Part shown: positions 9,176 through 22,221 of the stretch, one piece after another | How positions within the stretch are numbered: position 1 is the stretch's first letter | Layout of the letters: the number at the start of each line of letters is the position of its first letter | NCBI GenBank assembly: GCA_963739305.1 | Contig: CAVTZU010000013.1 | Span: forward strand, 1 to 64,000 | From: Candidatus Bathyarchaeota archaeon | GTDB lineage: Archaea; Thermoproteota; Bathyarchaeia; Bathyarchaeales; Bathycorpusculaceae | Length of the DNA stretch: 64,000 nt | Direction of reading: 5' to 3' | Notes under the pieces: generated by a model | Database searches by the model: none | Seen by the model: only the letters and a program-made list of their open reading frames with translations | Told to the model about the DNA's origin: nothing | Position numbers and translations under genes: made by a program

Positions 9176-9249
9176 AGCCTCGGGCGGGATTCGAACCCGC
9201 GACCTACAGCTTACAAGGCTATCGCTCTGACCAGCTGAGCTATCGAGGC
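9176..9249 (-). tRNA. tRNA-Thr(TGT)
   Basis: GCCTCGA...CCGAGGCT, anticodon loop CT-TGT-AA. Confidence 0.95.
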
Positions 9250-9596
9250 ATCAGACTCCCAGTCGTATGTTGATTGGCGAGGCTTGATTTAAGGTTATTT
9301 GGTTCGTGTTTTCACTAAAGGTCATAACTTGTGAACCAGTCAATGGGAAACCGAGAACACGAATATGTCTCACAACGATGCCGAGGCTCATGCATCGAGG
9401 CAACGTTCCGTAGCTAGGGACGCAAAGAAAGAGTTGGATGCATCTGGTTTCTACTACGTAATCCTTATATCTGCGAAAAGTGCTTCTGAAGTAATTTGGC
9501 TACTTACTTGTAGCCATAAAAAAGATGCAACTCTCCACCGACCGGTGGTGAGTGAAGGGTGAAAATGAGCTACAGCAGCGTATGCTCACGATGACA

Positions 9597-9670
9597 CCAT
9601 GCATAGACTCAAGAACCTGAGCAGAAGTTTCACCGAAACGTCAAACAGACACTGCCAAAAGGTTCGATAT
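9597..9670 (+). other. 5' strand of the 23S pre-rRNA processing stem with bulge-helix-bulge
   Basis: 9597-9611 pairs perfectly with 12745-12759; CGTC-AAA-CAGACACTGCCAA pairs with TTGGCGGTGTCTG-GACG-ATA (12697-12716). Confidence 0.85.
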
Positions 9671-12688
<3,018 letters not shown>

Positions 12689-12959
12689 TCGAATCCTTGG
12701 CGGTGTCTGGACGATATATTCGGCGAGACTCGAGCTCAGAAGAATGAGTCTATGCATGGCGTTCCAACAACAATCTGTTGGACTCATTGATTTACATTGT
12801 TAGATATCCGCAATTTTGCTCCTTTGCGAATTCACCCAAGTTAATCTTGGTTTTCTTATGTATTAGTTGATACCTTGGCTCTTCTTCTCTGTAAGCAATG
12901 AATAAAAGGTCGGTACCTCGTCAAAGTTCTTAATGTTAACCCAACATTCGCTCGCGCAA

Positions 12960-13214
12960 ATGAAGGGGAATAGGAGGGACAGACTCGTGATTTTGTCAGC
13001 GATGTTATCTCACGCGGCGAAGGGTGTCTGCAAGACTGAATTGATGTACAAGGTGGGGCTGAGTTCCGCTCAACTGGATAGGTACGTTCCCGTGCTTGTC
13101 AAGTCCGAGCTGCTTGAAGTCTCGAATCACTCGAAAAGACCTGTTTACAGAATAACCGACAAGGGGAGAAGCTTCTTGGATATTTTTGACACTCTTGTAA
13201 GACTTCTCGACTAG
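12960..13214 (+). CDS. Winged-helix transcription regulator
   Basis: RRDRL..I, KTELMYKVGLS, YRITDKG. Confidence 0.85.
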   Translation: MKGNRRDRLVILSAMLSHAAKGVCKTELMYKVGLSSAQLDRYVPVLVKSELLEVSNHSKRPVYRITDKGRSFLDIFDTLVRLLD

Positions 13215-13493
13215 AACAAGACGAATCGGTTTGAAAAGGGATTTGCGTCAGCTCCCTTCATTGTTGAGAACAAGATTTCTGTAGGATTCTGACTTCTGGG
13301 TATTCGACCTGCGATTTCAGTAGCGTTCTATTTCTGATGCGTCAATTATCTAGCAAAAAGCATTTTCGCAACATACCTGGCGCCCAAACAGGATCCAAGT
13401 TTCTTGAGCAATTTTGCATAGGATATTCTGGTTTGGACACCCAAACAACTTTAATATGAGATCTTCCAGAACTTTCACCTCACGGGTGGAAGA

Positions 13494-14711
13494 ATGATTG
13501 ATTTCGAGTTCACTGAGGAACAAGAACTTTTCCGCAAAGCTGTCAAAGAATGGGCAGAGAAGAACCTACCGATAGAAAAAGTCAGGGAAATGGATACCAA
13601 AGGAGCGATCCCGCAGAGTATACTGAAAAGCATGGGCGAAATGGGATTAAACATAATGACTGCACCACAGGAACACGGTGGGACCGGCGCTGATTGGGTT
13701 ACCGCGTGCATTGCAGCAGAAGAACTTGGCTACGCTGACGTTAGCATCGCGCTTCCAGTACTTTGGCTCGTGGAATCATCTTGGGGCTATGTTGTTGACC
13801 GGTACGCAACCGAAACCGTACGCGATGCTGTGATTCGCAAAGCCATCAAAGGCGACGCTTTCATAGGCATAGGCTCAACTGAGGCTGGAGGGGGATCAGA
13901 CGTTGCAGCGTTCAAGTCAACAGCCAAGAAACAAGGAAGCGACTGGATACTCAACGGTGAGAAGACCTACATCAGCGGCACAGAAGAAGCAAAGAGACTT
14001 GGTGGAGGCTATTTCGTCGTTGCTCGAACATCACCGGCACCGCCAGAAGCGTCACACAAGGGAATGACCGGTTTCTACGTTCCAATGAACGCGCCTGGAG
14101 TGGAGATCAACAAACGTTACGAAGACATGGGAAGAATGGCAATATCAACCGGCGGCTTCTTGATGAAAAACGTGAAAATCCCTGATTCCTACCGTTTGGG
14201 TGATGTTGACAAAGGCTTCTACTTGACAATGGAAGGCTTCGATACCGCGCGTATTCTCATCTCTTCGGTGTGCGTCGGAGCAGCAAAACGTGCGCTCGAC
14301 ATAGGCATGGAGTACATAAAAGAAAGAAAAGCCTTCGGCAGACCAATCGGCAAGTTCCAAGGCATACAATTTGAGATGGCAGACGATTGGGCACACCTTG
14401 AAGCACTAAGATCGTTGGGCTATCGCACGGCATGGATGATGGACAAACGCTACAAGGAGAACAAGTTCTCGCCTCTGGAAGTAACAAAGATGATTGCTGC
14501 CTGCAAACTCTTAGCACCACACCTTGCTTTCGACATCTACAAACACGTGATGATATGGCTCGGCGCATACGGATACACCAAAGAATGCCCGATCGAAATG
14601 GGAATGCGTGGAATAATGTCCTACTGCGTCGGTGCAGAAGGAGCTACAAACATCCAGCGAACAGTCATAGCTAGAGAAATGCTCGGGAAAGAATTCATAG
14701 CCTACAAGTAG
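13494..14711 (+). CDS. Acyl-CoA dehydrogenase
   Basis: TEAGGGSD, LNGEKTYIS, RKAFGRPIGKFQ, GAYGY, AEGATNIQR. Confidence 0.93.
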   Translation: MIDFEFTEEQELFRKAVKEWAEKNLPIEKVREMDTKGAIPQSILKSMGEMGLNIMTAPQEHGGTGADWVTACIAAEELGYADVSIALPVLWLVESSWGYVVDRYATETVRDAVIRKAIKGDAFIGIGSTEAGGGSDVAAFKSTAKKQGSDWILNGEKTYISGTEEAKRLGGGYFVVARTSPAPPEASHKGMTGFYVPMNAPGVEINKRYEDMGRMAISTGGFLMKNVKIPDSYRLGDVDKGFYLTMEGFDTARILISSVCVGAAKRALDIGMEYIKERKAFGRPIGKFQGIQFEMADDWAHLEALRSLGYRTAWMMDKRYKENKFSPLEVTKMIAACKLLAPHLAFDIYKHVMIWLGAYGYTKECPIEMGMRGIMSYCVGAEGATNIQRTVIAREMLGKEFIAYK

Positions 14712-14898
14712 GCAATTCCCTTTTTATTTTTCTGCTCCGCCAATTCATCCTTGGAAAAGACGTTTCCTCATAGGCACCTTCTTTGAAGATGTCCTCTGCT
14801 CCCTTTTGAGGTCTGATTAGAAAACCTTAAGAATGGACAAAATCGTTGCTTATTGTCAGAACCGCCAACTCAACAGCCAGGTGGATCGCTGAAGATTT

Positions 14899-16317
14899 AT
14901 GACGATTGAAATCATCCATAACATATTGAAACCTCGTTCTATCGCGATGATAGGTGCTTCTAGGGAACCTAAGAAGTTGGGGCACATCACGTTGAGGAAT
15001 CTCATCGAAGGAGGTTTCAAGGGGAAAATATTCCCAATCAACCCTGAAGCTGGTGAAGTCCTCGGTTTACAGGCCTACGAGAGTATTCTGAAGGTGCCTG
15101 AGACGGTTGATCTGGCCATCTTAGCTGTGCCTGCTGCTTTGGTCCCGAAGGTCATTGGAGAGTGCGGGCAAAAGGGCATCAAGGCTGCCATAATAATCTC
15201 TGCTGGGTTCAGAGAGGTTGGTCCTCAGGGCGAGGCCTGTGAGCAGGAAACTGTGAGAGCGGCCGAGAAAGGCGGAACACGGATTTTGGGACCCAACTGC
15301 CTCGGGGTCATCAACGCCTCAGAAAACTTGGACGCAACGATTTCCAGGGTGATCGATCCGAAGAAACTCAAGAGCGGAAACATCGCGTTCATTTCTCAGA
15401 GTGGAGCATTCGGCGCTTCGCTGTACTCCTGGGCGCAGGGAAAAGGGATAGGCTTTGACAAACTCATCAGTTTCGGCAACATGTGTGACATTGATGAATC
15501 AGACATGTTTGAGTACTTAGCAACTGACGAGAAGACCAAGGTCATTGTCATGTACATGGAAGGCGTGAAAGATGGAAGGAAATTCCTGAAGACAGCAAGA
15601 GAGGTTTCAGTCGTCAAGCCCATCGTGATAATGAAGATTGGACGAAGCAGTAGAGGTTCAAAGGCTGCAAAATCCCACACTGGGGCACTTACTGGTTCAA
15701 ACGTGATCTATGACGCTGCCTTTAAACAGTCAGGCGTGATCAAAGCAGCAAACACGACGGAAATGTTCGACTTCACCAAAGCGTTTGCCACGCAGCCTCT
15801 TCCAAAAGGCAAGAAGATGGCTATAGTCACTAACGCTGGTGGTCCAGGTGTTGCTGCAACAGATGCGTGTGAGGAAGAAGGTCTGGAACTCGCAGAAATT
15901 GATGAGAGCACGAGGAACAGCATACGCGCTTTGATTCCGTCTTTCGCGAGCGCGTTGAACCCAATTGATACAACTCCGCAGGTGGGTCCTAGAGTTAACG
16001 GGGAGATTTTCAAGATTCTTCTCAGCAACAGAGGAATTGACGGTGTCATATCGATACTTGTTGGGTCTAAGCCGAGAGAATACGCTGAAGAAGTCGTCAA
16101 AGCGCACATAGATGTGTCCCTGAAGTACGGCAAACCTTTGGTGCTTTCTTGGACCGTTGACAAGTCTGCTGAGGATTTGGTGATGAAGCTCGAAGAAAAC
16201 AGCGTTCCAGTTTACGAAACACCTGAAAGAGCCGTCAAATCAATGGCCGCCTTAACGAAGTACGAAGAATTCTTGGAAAAGAACCGCTCTGATTCTTGCG
16301 CGGCTTCGGAAAAGTGA
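14899..16317 (+). CDS. acdA: Acyl/acetate-CoA ligase (ADP-forming) alpha subunit
   Basis: IGAS, GPNCLG, SQSGA, phospho-His SHTGAL, TNAGGPG, NPID. Confidence 0.9.
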   Translation: MTIEIIHNILKPRSIAMIGASREPKKLGHITLRNLIEGGFKGKIFPINPEAGEVLGLQAYESILKVPETVDLAILAVPAALVPKVIGECGQKGIKAAIIISAGFREVGPQGEACEQETVRAAEKGGTRILGPNCLGVINASENLDATISRVIDPKKLKSGNIAFISQSGAFGASLYSWAQGKGIGFDKLISFGNMCDIDESDMFEYLATDEKTKVIVMYMEGVKDGRKFLKTAREVSVVKPIVIMKIGRSSRGSKAAKSHTGALTGSNVIYDAAFKQSGVIKAANTTEMFDFTKAFATQPLPKGKKMAIVTNAGGPGVAATDACEEEGLELAEIDESTRNSIRALIPSFASALNPIDTTPQVGPRVNGEIFKILLSNRGIDGVISILVGSKPREYAEEVVKAHIDVSLKYGKPLVLSWTVDKSAEDLVMKLEENSVPVYETPERAVKSMAALTKYEEFLEKNRSDSCAASEK

Positions 16318-16413
16318 AGCTGAGTGTTGAGGTATGAGTTTTCTTGTAATCGAATAGATTTTTATATTCTTGACAATCTCCTAGAAGACTGAAAAACAAA
16401 CTGAGGAATCGTT

Positions 16414-17382
16414 TTGAAGCCGTTCAAAGTTCTGTTGACAGATAAGATTGACAAGGCTGGAATCGAAATTCTCGAGGAAGTTGCAGACTTGAAATTCGCG
16501 TCATCTTCGTCGGAAGAAGCGTTGGTTAAGGAGGTTAAGGACGTTGACGGAATGGTTGTCAGAGTTCCCGCTGTTATTACGAGAAAAATCTTGGAGAACG
16601 CCAGCAAGCTGAAGGTGATCGCAAGGTTTGGCGTTGGGTATGACAACATAGACGTCGATGCTGCGACTGAGAAAGGCGTCGTAGTGACTTACACTCCTGG
16701 GGCTAACACTCAATCAGTTGCCGAATACGCGGCAGCTCTGATGTTCACATTGACAAAGCAGATAGTACAGGCCGACAGGGCTCTGAGGGAACACAGGTGG
16801 GCTATGAGGCTTGATTACTCTGGGATCGAATTGGCTGGGAAAACGCTGGGTCTAATAGGGACCGGGGCGATCGGCTGTCAACTGGCTCAAATTGCTGGGG
16901 GTTTCCAGATGGAAGTCATCGGCTACGATATTTATCCTAATCAAAAAAGGGCGGATGAAATTGGATTCAAATACGTCGATCTTGATTCCGTGCTCAGGCG
17001 AAGCGATGTTGTCTCTATACACGTCCCCTTGAACCCGGACACAAAGAAGATGATTGCGAAAAAGCAGTTTTCTCTGATGAAGGATGGTGCTTACTTCATC
17101 AATACAGCGAGAGGTGAGCTCGTGGATGAACAAGATCTTTACGATGCTTTGAGAGATGGCAAGCTCGCGGGAGCGGGGTTGGATGTGTTTGAGAAGGAGC
17201 CACCGTATGAAAGCCCCTTACTGACTTTGCCGAACGTGGTCGCTGGTCCTCACGTGGCCGCACTGGCGAAGGATGCCAACAAAAGAGTCAGCGTCTGGGT
17301 AGCCGAGGACATCGTTCGGGTTCTCAAGTATGAAAGACCTTTACATCCAGTCAACCCACAGGTCTTGGACAAGGAAAAATGA
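16414..17382 (+). CDS. D-2-hydroxyacid dehydrogenase (SerA-like)
   Basis: GVGYDNID, GLIGTGAIG, NTARG, LDVFEKEP, PHVA. Confidence 0.9.
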   Translation: MKPFKVLLTDKIDKAGIEILEEVADLKFASSSSEEALVKEVKDVDGMVVRVPAVITRKILENASKLKVIARFGVGYDNIDVDAATEKGVVVTYTPGANTQSVAEYAAALMFTLTKQIVQADRALREHRWAMRLDYSGIELAGKTLGLIGTGAIGCQLAQIAGGFQMEVIGYDIYPNQKRADEIGFKYVDLDSVLRRSDVVSIHVPLNPDTKKMIAKKQFSLMKDGAYFINTARGELVDEQDLYDALRDGKLAGAGLDVFEKEPPYESPLLTLPNVVAGPHVAALAKDANKRVSVWVAEDIVRVLKYERPLHPVNPQVLDKEK

Positions 17383-17485
17383 ACTGGAGCAAGAATTGTT
17401 TGCCGGTGCAGGCTTGAACTATAGCGGTCTGTAAGGCGACTGGATGATACATCCGAAAAAGAGATGCAGACAATAGGTGTCTAGT

Positions 17486-18589
17486 TTACTCATCTTCAGC
17501 CAAAGGTCTGACCGCCCCAGGTGGTATGTAGAGGTACACGTTCTTTTTTTCTGTTGACGATGAGGCGTTGCAGAACTTGTGTGTTGTCACGCATAGGTTG
17601 GCGTCGCCGACCTTGATTCTGTGGTCTGTCACGGTTCCTCGGAATTCTCTCGCAGTGACTTCTCCTTTGACCACATTTTCTTCGGAGTCGGGTTTTGTTT
17701 CGGAAAGCGCGATTTCATTGTACCTCAGAATTACTTTCGTCATGTTCTTTGGGTATTCGTCATCGTACATGCAGACTAGATCTGTGTGCATTTCCGGGAC
17801 TTCGATAAGGGCTGTTTTTTCCTTCTCGTTGACGCTTTTTGTGTGTGCGCCTAGAATGTTTGCCCTTCCTACGAATTCTGCAACGAACGCGCACGACGGG
17901 GCGTCGTAGAGTTCCCTTGGCTTTGCCTCTTGAATGATCTTGCCGTCTTTCATCAGTATTATTCTGTCAGAGAGTACGAAGGCTTCTTCCTGATCGTGGG
18001 TCACGTACACCGCTGTGACTCCTATTCTCTTGAGCAGGAGGTGTAGTTCTCCTCGCATTCTATCGCGGACTTTTTTGTCCAAATTGCTGAGGGGTTCGTC
18101 GAGAAGCAGTACTTTGGGTTCGTACGCTATGTTTCTCGCGAGGGCCACGCGTTGCTGTTGTCCACCGCTGAGCTGGGCAGGATACCTGTTTTCAAGCCCA
18201 GTTAATCCAACGGTTTCAAGCGCAGCCTTCACTCCTTTGTCGACATCCGCCTTTGAGAACTTGCGCACCTTCAAACCGTATGCAACGTTATCTCGAACTT
18301 TCATGTGAGGCCAGAGCGCGTAACTCTGGAAAACAAGTCCAAGATGCCGCTTCTCGGGGGAGACGAAAAGTTTCTTCTTTGGCGAAGTGATCGTTGTGCC
18401 GTCTATCAGTATTTCTCCGTCGTCAATGTCCTCAAGGCCAGCGATAGCTCTTAGAAGTGTGGTTTTTCCACAGCCACTTGGGCCCAAGAGAGACAATGTT
18501 TCGTTTTCTTTGACAGAAAAAGACACGTTGTCGACAGCCAGGACCTTTCCGTACTTCTTCACTACATTCTTAACTTCTATCTTGTCCAT
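17486..18589 (-). CDS. ABC transporter ATP-binding subunit (FbpC/PotA type, C-terminal TOBE)
   Basis: GPSGCGKT, LSGGQQQR, LLLDEP, VTHDQEEA. Confidence 0.95.
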   Translation of the reverse strand: MDKIEVKNVVKKYGKVLAVDNVSFSVKENETLSLLGPSGCGKTTLLRAIAGLEDIDDGEILIDGTTITSPKKKLFVSPEKRHLGLVFQSYALWPHMKVRDNVAYGLKVRKFSKADVDKGVKAALETVGLTGLENRYPAQLSGGQQQRVALARNIAYEPKVLLLDEPLSNLDKKVRDRMRGELHLLLKRIGVTAVYVTHDQEEAFVLSDRIILMKDGKIIQEAKPRELYDAPSCAFVAEFVGRANILGAHTKSVNEKEKTALIEVPEMHTDLVCMYDDEYPKNMTKVILRYNEIALSETKPDSEENVVKGEVTAREFRGTVTDHRIKVGDANLCVTTHKFCNASSSTEKKNVYLYIPPGAVRPLAEDE

Positions 18590-18635
18590 TTTGGTCTAAC
18601 ACATCCCTTCGATCGCGTGGGTTTTAACGTTTCGG

Positions 18636-20321
18636 TTATTTCGCTCTTCTTCTGCTTAAGATGTACTGTATCAGACTCGGTATCGCAAGCGCGACCATTA
18701 TGAACATGCTTAGCAAAACGGACGCCGCAGCTAACATATTGAGCGCCAACGCGTGTTGAGACTGAATTTCTAGCAAGAGTGTCATAAAGACCACCGAGCT
18801 ACCGGTTGCCAGCAGAACCACAGCGCCGAGTTCTCTCAGAGAATTCACGAAAGCGTATATGAAGCTGTTGAGCATCCCTCTTCTCATCAGTGGCATGACG
18901 ATCTTGTAGAAGGTCCTTGACCATGACGCCCCAGAGACTCTTGATGATTCTTCCAGCTCATCGGATATTTGGATCAGACTGCCGGAAACCATCCTGACGC
19001 TGTAAGGAAGCCTGATGAAGACTAGGGCTGCTACTAGCGGCCAGATCGTCCCGTAAAGAAAGTTTACAACCGGTAGAAGAAGGAAAGTCCAGTAGAGCGC
19101 AAGGCCATAGACAATTCCTGGAAAAGCCATAGGTACGCTTGCAATCAGGTCCACAAGACGAGCGCCCCTGACTTTGCTTTTCAGGGCAGCATAAGACATA
19201 AACGAGGCAATTAGAGTGCCGATTAACGCTGACACAAGTCCCAGAAAAACGCTGTTGTAAATAGAAGTGTACAGTAATGGAAGATTCAAAGCGTCGACAT
19301 AATTCTGCCAAGTGAAGTGGAAGCTGATTCCACTTACGGTTGTTAGGAACGTCGTAAACGACATCATAACAAGTGTGGCATATGGCAGCAGGAAGGAAAT
19401 GAACATAACCAAAAAACAAACTAACAGCGCCGCGTATTTCCATCGACGCAACTTGTGCACGGTTTCGCGAGGTGCTTTTCCAGTGACCACGACAAACTTG
19501 TACGCTTGTCGTGTTACGTATATGTATACACCTACTATGATAAAGGTCAATATGATGAATATTATGCTGTAGATGGCTGCTTGTCCGTACTGGGGGGGTA
19601 TGGATGCATAAATCGAGTAATACACCTGAGTCGCCAGAGTGTTGATGTTTGCATATCTACCAAGCATGTAGGGGTAGTCGAAGTTTGTAAGTCCTATGAT
19701 CGTTAGAAGAAGGAACGCTGAGAGTATTGAAGGAATTAGGACGGGGATGGTAATTTTGAAAATGGTTTTTAGGATGCCGTTGCCGGCAGTTCTTGACGCT
19801 TCTTCCAAAGCGGGGTTCATGGATTTGATAGCGGGCTCTACCGTAAGATAGGCAAGGGGGACGCCGCCAGTTCCGATGGCGAATATCAAACCTGGCATAC
19901 TAAAAATGTTGACGATTGGCCCTAAACCCGTAACTTGCTTGAACAATATGTTTGTAATACCAATTGTCGGCGCGAAAAGGTATGACCAAGCAAAAGCCTT
20001 CACGAGAAAAGGCATAGTTAATGGAAGGATTGGCAACAATTCCCACACGCGTTTTCCTGGAACGTCAGTTCTGACTATTATCCACGCGTAAGACGTTGCA
20101 AGTACTGTCGCAAGCACAGCGCCTCCGAGTGCGAATTCAAGCGTGTTAATCAGAAGGTAACCTGTCGTGGAAGAAACCATTATGCTCACGAATGTGTTCC
20201 ACGTAAGCGTGGAACCACCTAGCTGGAAAAACGTGCTGCCGTAGACAAGATAAATTATGGGAATTATGAAGATGACCAAAAAAAGAAAAGAGAGTATTAT
20301 GGGTATCTGTGACCCTTTCAT
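18636..20321 (-). CDS. ABC transporter permease (FbpB type, duplicated)
   Basis: About 12 TM helices with two EAA loops (LEEASRTAG, LEESSRVSG). Confidence 0.92.
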   Translation of the reverse strand: MKGSQIPIILSFLFLVIFIIPIIYLVYGSTFFQLGGSTLTWNTFVSIMVSSTTGYLLINTLEFALGGAVLATVLATSYAWIIVRTDVPGKRVWELLPILPLTMPFLVKAFAWSYLFAPTIGITNILFKQVTGLGPIVNIFSMPGLIFAIGTGGVPLAYLTVEPAIKSMNPALEEASRTAGNGILKTIFKITIPVLIPSILSAFLLLTIIGLTNFDYPYMLGRYANINTLATQVYYSIYASIPPQYGQAAIYSIIFIILTFIIVGVYIYVTRQAYKFVVVTGKAPRETVHKLRRWKYAALLVCFLVMFISFLLPYATLVMMSFTTFLTTVSGISFHFTWQNYVDALNLPLLYTSIYNSVFLGLVSALIGTLIASFMSYAALKSKVRGARLVDLIASVPMAFPGIVYGLALYWTFLLLPVVNFLYGTIWPLVAALVFIRLPYSVRMVSGSLIQISDELEESSRVSGASWSRTFYKIVMPLMRRGMLNSFIYAFVNSLRELGAVVLLATGSSVVFMTLLLEIQSQHALALNMLAAASVLLSMFIMVALAIPSLIQYILSRRRAK

Positions 20322-20327
20322 CGGTGT

Positions 20328-21419
20328 TTACCCGAATATGCCCTGGTACGTAGTGCTCCAATTGGTCGGGTTCAGATAGTAGTCTGGATTGTTGCCTGCT
20401 GCTGCTACAATTGAAGTTCCTGGTGGTAGTACGCCTGCGAGTATCGTGAATGATGCTATGGCCGCGCTGCTCGGTACTCTTCCCGTGTCAGCGATTGAGT
20501 ATTGTCCTGCGCCTGATGCGAACCAGTTAAGGAACAGTTTCGCAAAGTTCGGATGTGGTGCACCTGCACATAGAGCACATGGCACTGGCAGGCTTGTCAC
20601 CGGTGGAATCCACGCTACTGAAACGTTTACTGTCGGTTGTGACAACGCCGCCAAATAATCATTTACCAGTCCTATGCCTATTGCCGCTGTTCCCTGCGCA
20701 ACGTCGGTGAAAGAGTCTCCTGCACTTGTCGTCTTGATCGGATGGTTGTTCGCAATTCCCTGCATCAGTGTGGTCCAGCTTGCGTTGAGCATTATCGGAT
20801 AGAGATGAGCGAAAAGCGTGCCTGCAACGTTAAGGGTCTTGGGATCATCTATTACCATCTTACCATTCCAGTATGAGTCGGTCAGGTTCTGCCATGCTGT
20901 GGGTACATGAGCCGCGTCGACGAGGTTCTTGTTGTAAACGACCACGATCGGTATTCCGAAACCGATTGTCCATAGGCCATTTGGATCATAGGTCCCTGAT
21001 GAGTAGTTCATGAGACTTATCATGGGGTTTGTGTAGTTTACTGCAACTCCGGCGACGAGAGCTGATTCCATGCTTCCCAAAGTGTCGATCAACAAGTCAG
21101 CAGTGACGTGGCCAGCCCTGTATTCGGACAGAGCGGAAGTGGCGATATCAGCTGGAGACTTGCCAACATAGTTTATCATTCCCGCAGCCCACGGATACTG
21201 GGCTACGAAAGCGGGCTGCACCCACTTTGTGAAGTCTGTCGTGTCCATGACGCCGTAAATTGTCAGACCTCCTTCTTTGAAGGCGTTCTCTTCCAATGTC
21301 GTTGGCGTGTAATTCGTGGTTGTTGTGGTTGGTCTTATCCATCCGTATGCAGCGACTGCAGCAACGATTATCAGTAGAACGAGCAATGCAACAACTACTG
21401 TACTTATTCCTCGCTTCAT
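20328..21419 (-). CDS. ABC substrate-binding protein (Fe3+/thiamine/polyamine cluster)
   Basis: MKRG + hydrophobic anchor + Thr linker; VYNKNLV..PTAWQNL, APHPNFAKLFLNW. Confidence 0.88.
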   Translation of the reverse strand: MKRGISTVVVALLVLLIIVAAVAAYGWIRPTTTTTNYTPTTLEENAFKEGGLTIYGVMDTTDFTKWVQPAFVAQYPWAAGMINYVGKSPADIATSALSEYRAGHVTADLLIDTLGSMESALVAGVAVNYTNPMISLMNYSSGTYDPNGLWTIGFGIPIVVVYNKNLVDAAHVPTAWQNLTDSYWNGKMVIDDPKTLNVAGTLFAHLYPIMLNASWTTLMQGIANNHPIKTTSAGDSFTDVAQGTAAIGIGLVNDYLAALSQPTVNVSVAWIPPVTSLPVPCALCAGAPHPNFAKLFLNWFASGAGQYSIADTGRVPSSAAIASFTILAGVLPPGTSIVAAAGNNPDYYLNPTNWSTTYQGIFG

Positions 21420-21464
21420 TTTGATCACGCATGGACAGTTGTCATCATTGAGCTTATATAGTTT

Positions 21465-21520
21465 TTCAAGAATCAACTGCTTTGAAAAGTGCTTCCGTTT
21501 CTTGACTAAATTGAAACGAT
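21465..21520. promoter_or_regulatory. Putative operator, copy 1 (TTCAAGAATCAA...TCTTGAC-N3-ATTGAAACGAT)
   Basis: Lies just upstream of the BRE/TATA of the ABC operon; duplicated at 22013-22061. Confidence 0.55.
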
Positions 21521-21652
21521 ACGCTAAAAGCATAATCTAGAACCGAATTCTTGACAACTCGGATTATTCTCGGGTTCATATTGTACGAGGTAAGATCTTT
21601 GAGTTCACAACTTGCTTTGCTTTTCAGAATTTCGGCGGATCTCAGCTTTCCA

Positions 21653-21856
21653 CTATGGTCGAATTCTCGTGGTGGACCATGTCCCCTCATTGTTCCGCGT
21701 AACGTATCCCCATTTCTTAAGGCTCTTCAGACGAACCGACACATAAGTGTAAACCGTGTATTTCGGATACTTCTTCTTAGCAAGTTCTGACACTTGCGTG
21801 GTCGTTGCTTTGCCCCCGAGTTCTTCGAGCAGTTCATAAACCACTTTTTGACTCAT
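21653..21856 (-). CDS. Small winged-helix protein
   Basis: LLEELGGKATTTQV...RLKSLKKWGYV...GTW. Confidence 0.7.
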   Translation of the reverse strand: MSQKVVYELLEELGGKATTTQVSELAKKKYPKYTVYTYVSVRLKSLKKWGYVTRNNEGTWSTTRIRP

Positions 21857-22012
21857 GTTCGATCCAGTGCAGACTTCCTGCTCCAATTGGAAGTTCTCTA
21901 GCTTATCTGCGTTACCTTTCTATGCAGGCTAACTGCTGTTTCAAAGTCTTCGCCGATAACGCAAGGTGCATAAAGTTTCTATTCTTGTGGACTATTTGCC
22001 CGAATTCTCAGA

Positions 22013-22061
22013 TTCAAGAATCAAGCTTTCTTTGTCTCGTCTTGACCTTCATTGAAACGAT
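22013..22061. promoter_or_regulatory. Putative operator, copy 2
   Basis: TTCAAGAATCAA...TCTTGAC-N4-ATTGAAACGAT, between the wHTH and amidohydrolase genes. Confidence 0.55.
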
Positions 22062-22221
22062 GGTTTTTCTCAGAATCTGGTTAAGGTCGTGGTTAGTTCT
22101 TGTCAACTTTCGCAGTTTCCCGATCTGTTGTGCAATACCCATTCGCGTGCGCGTGCAAAAACACCAAAAGAGCGAAATACCCCCTGATTCTCTGAGTTTT
22201 CAACCAAAAAGGCGGCACAAA

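Noticed and set aside
21805-22221. 139-aa N-terminal extension of the amidohydrolase ORF
   Set aside because: Overlaps the opposite-strand wHTH gene and the promoter region; family homology begins at MVDILI (22222)
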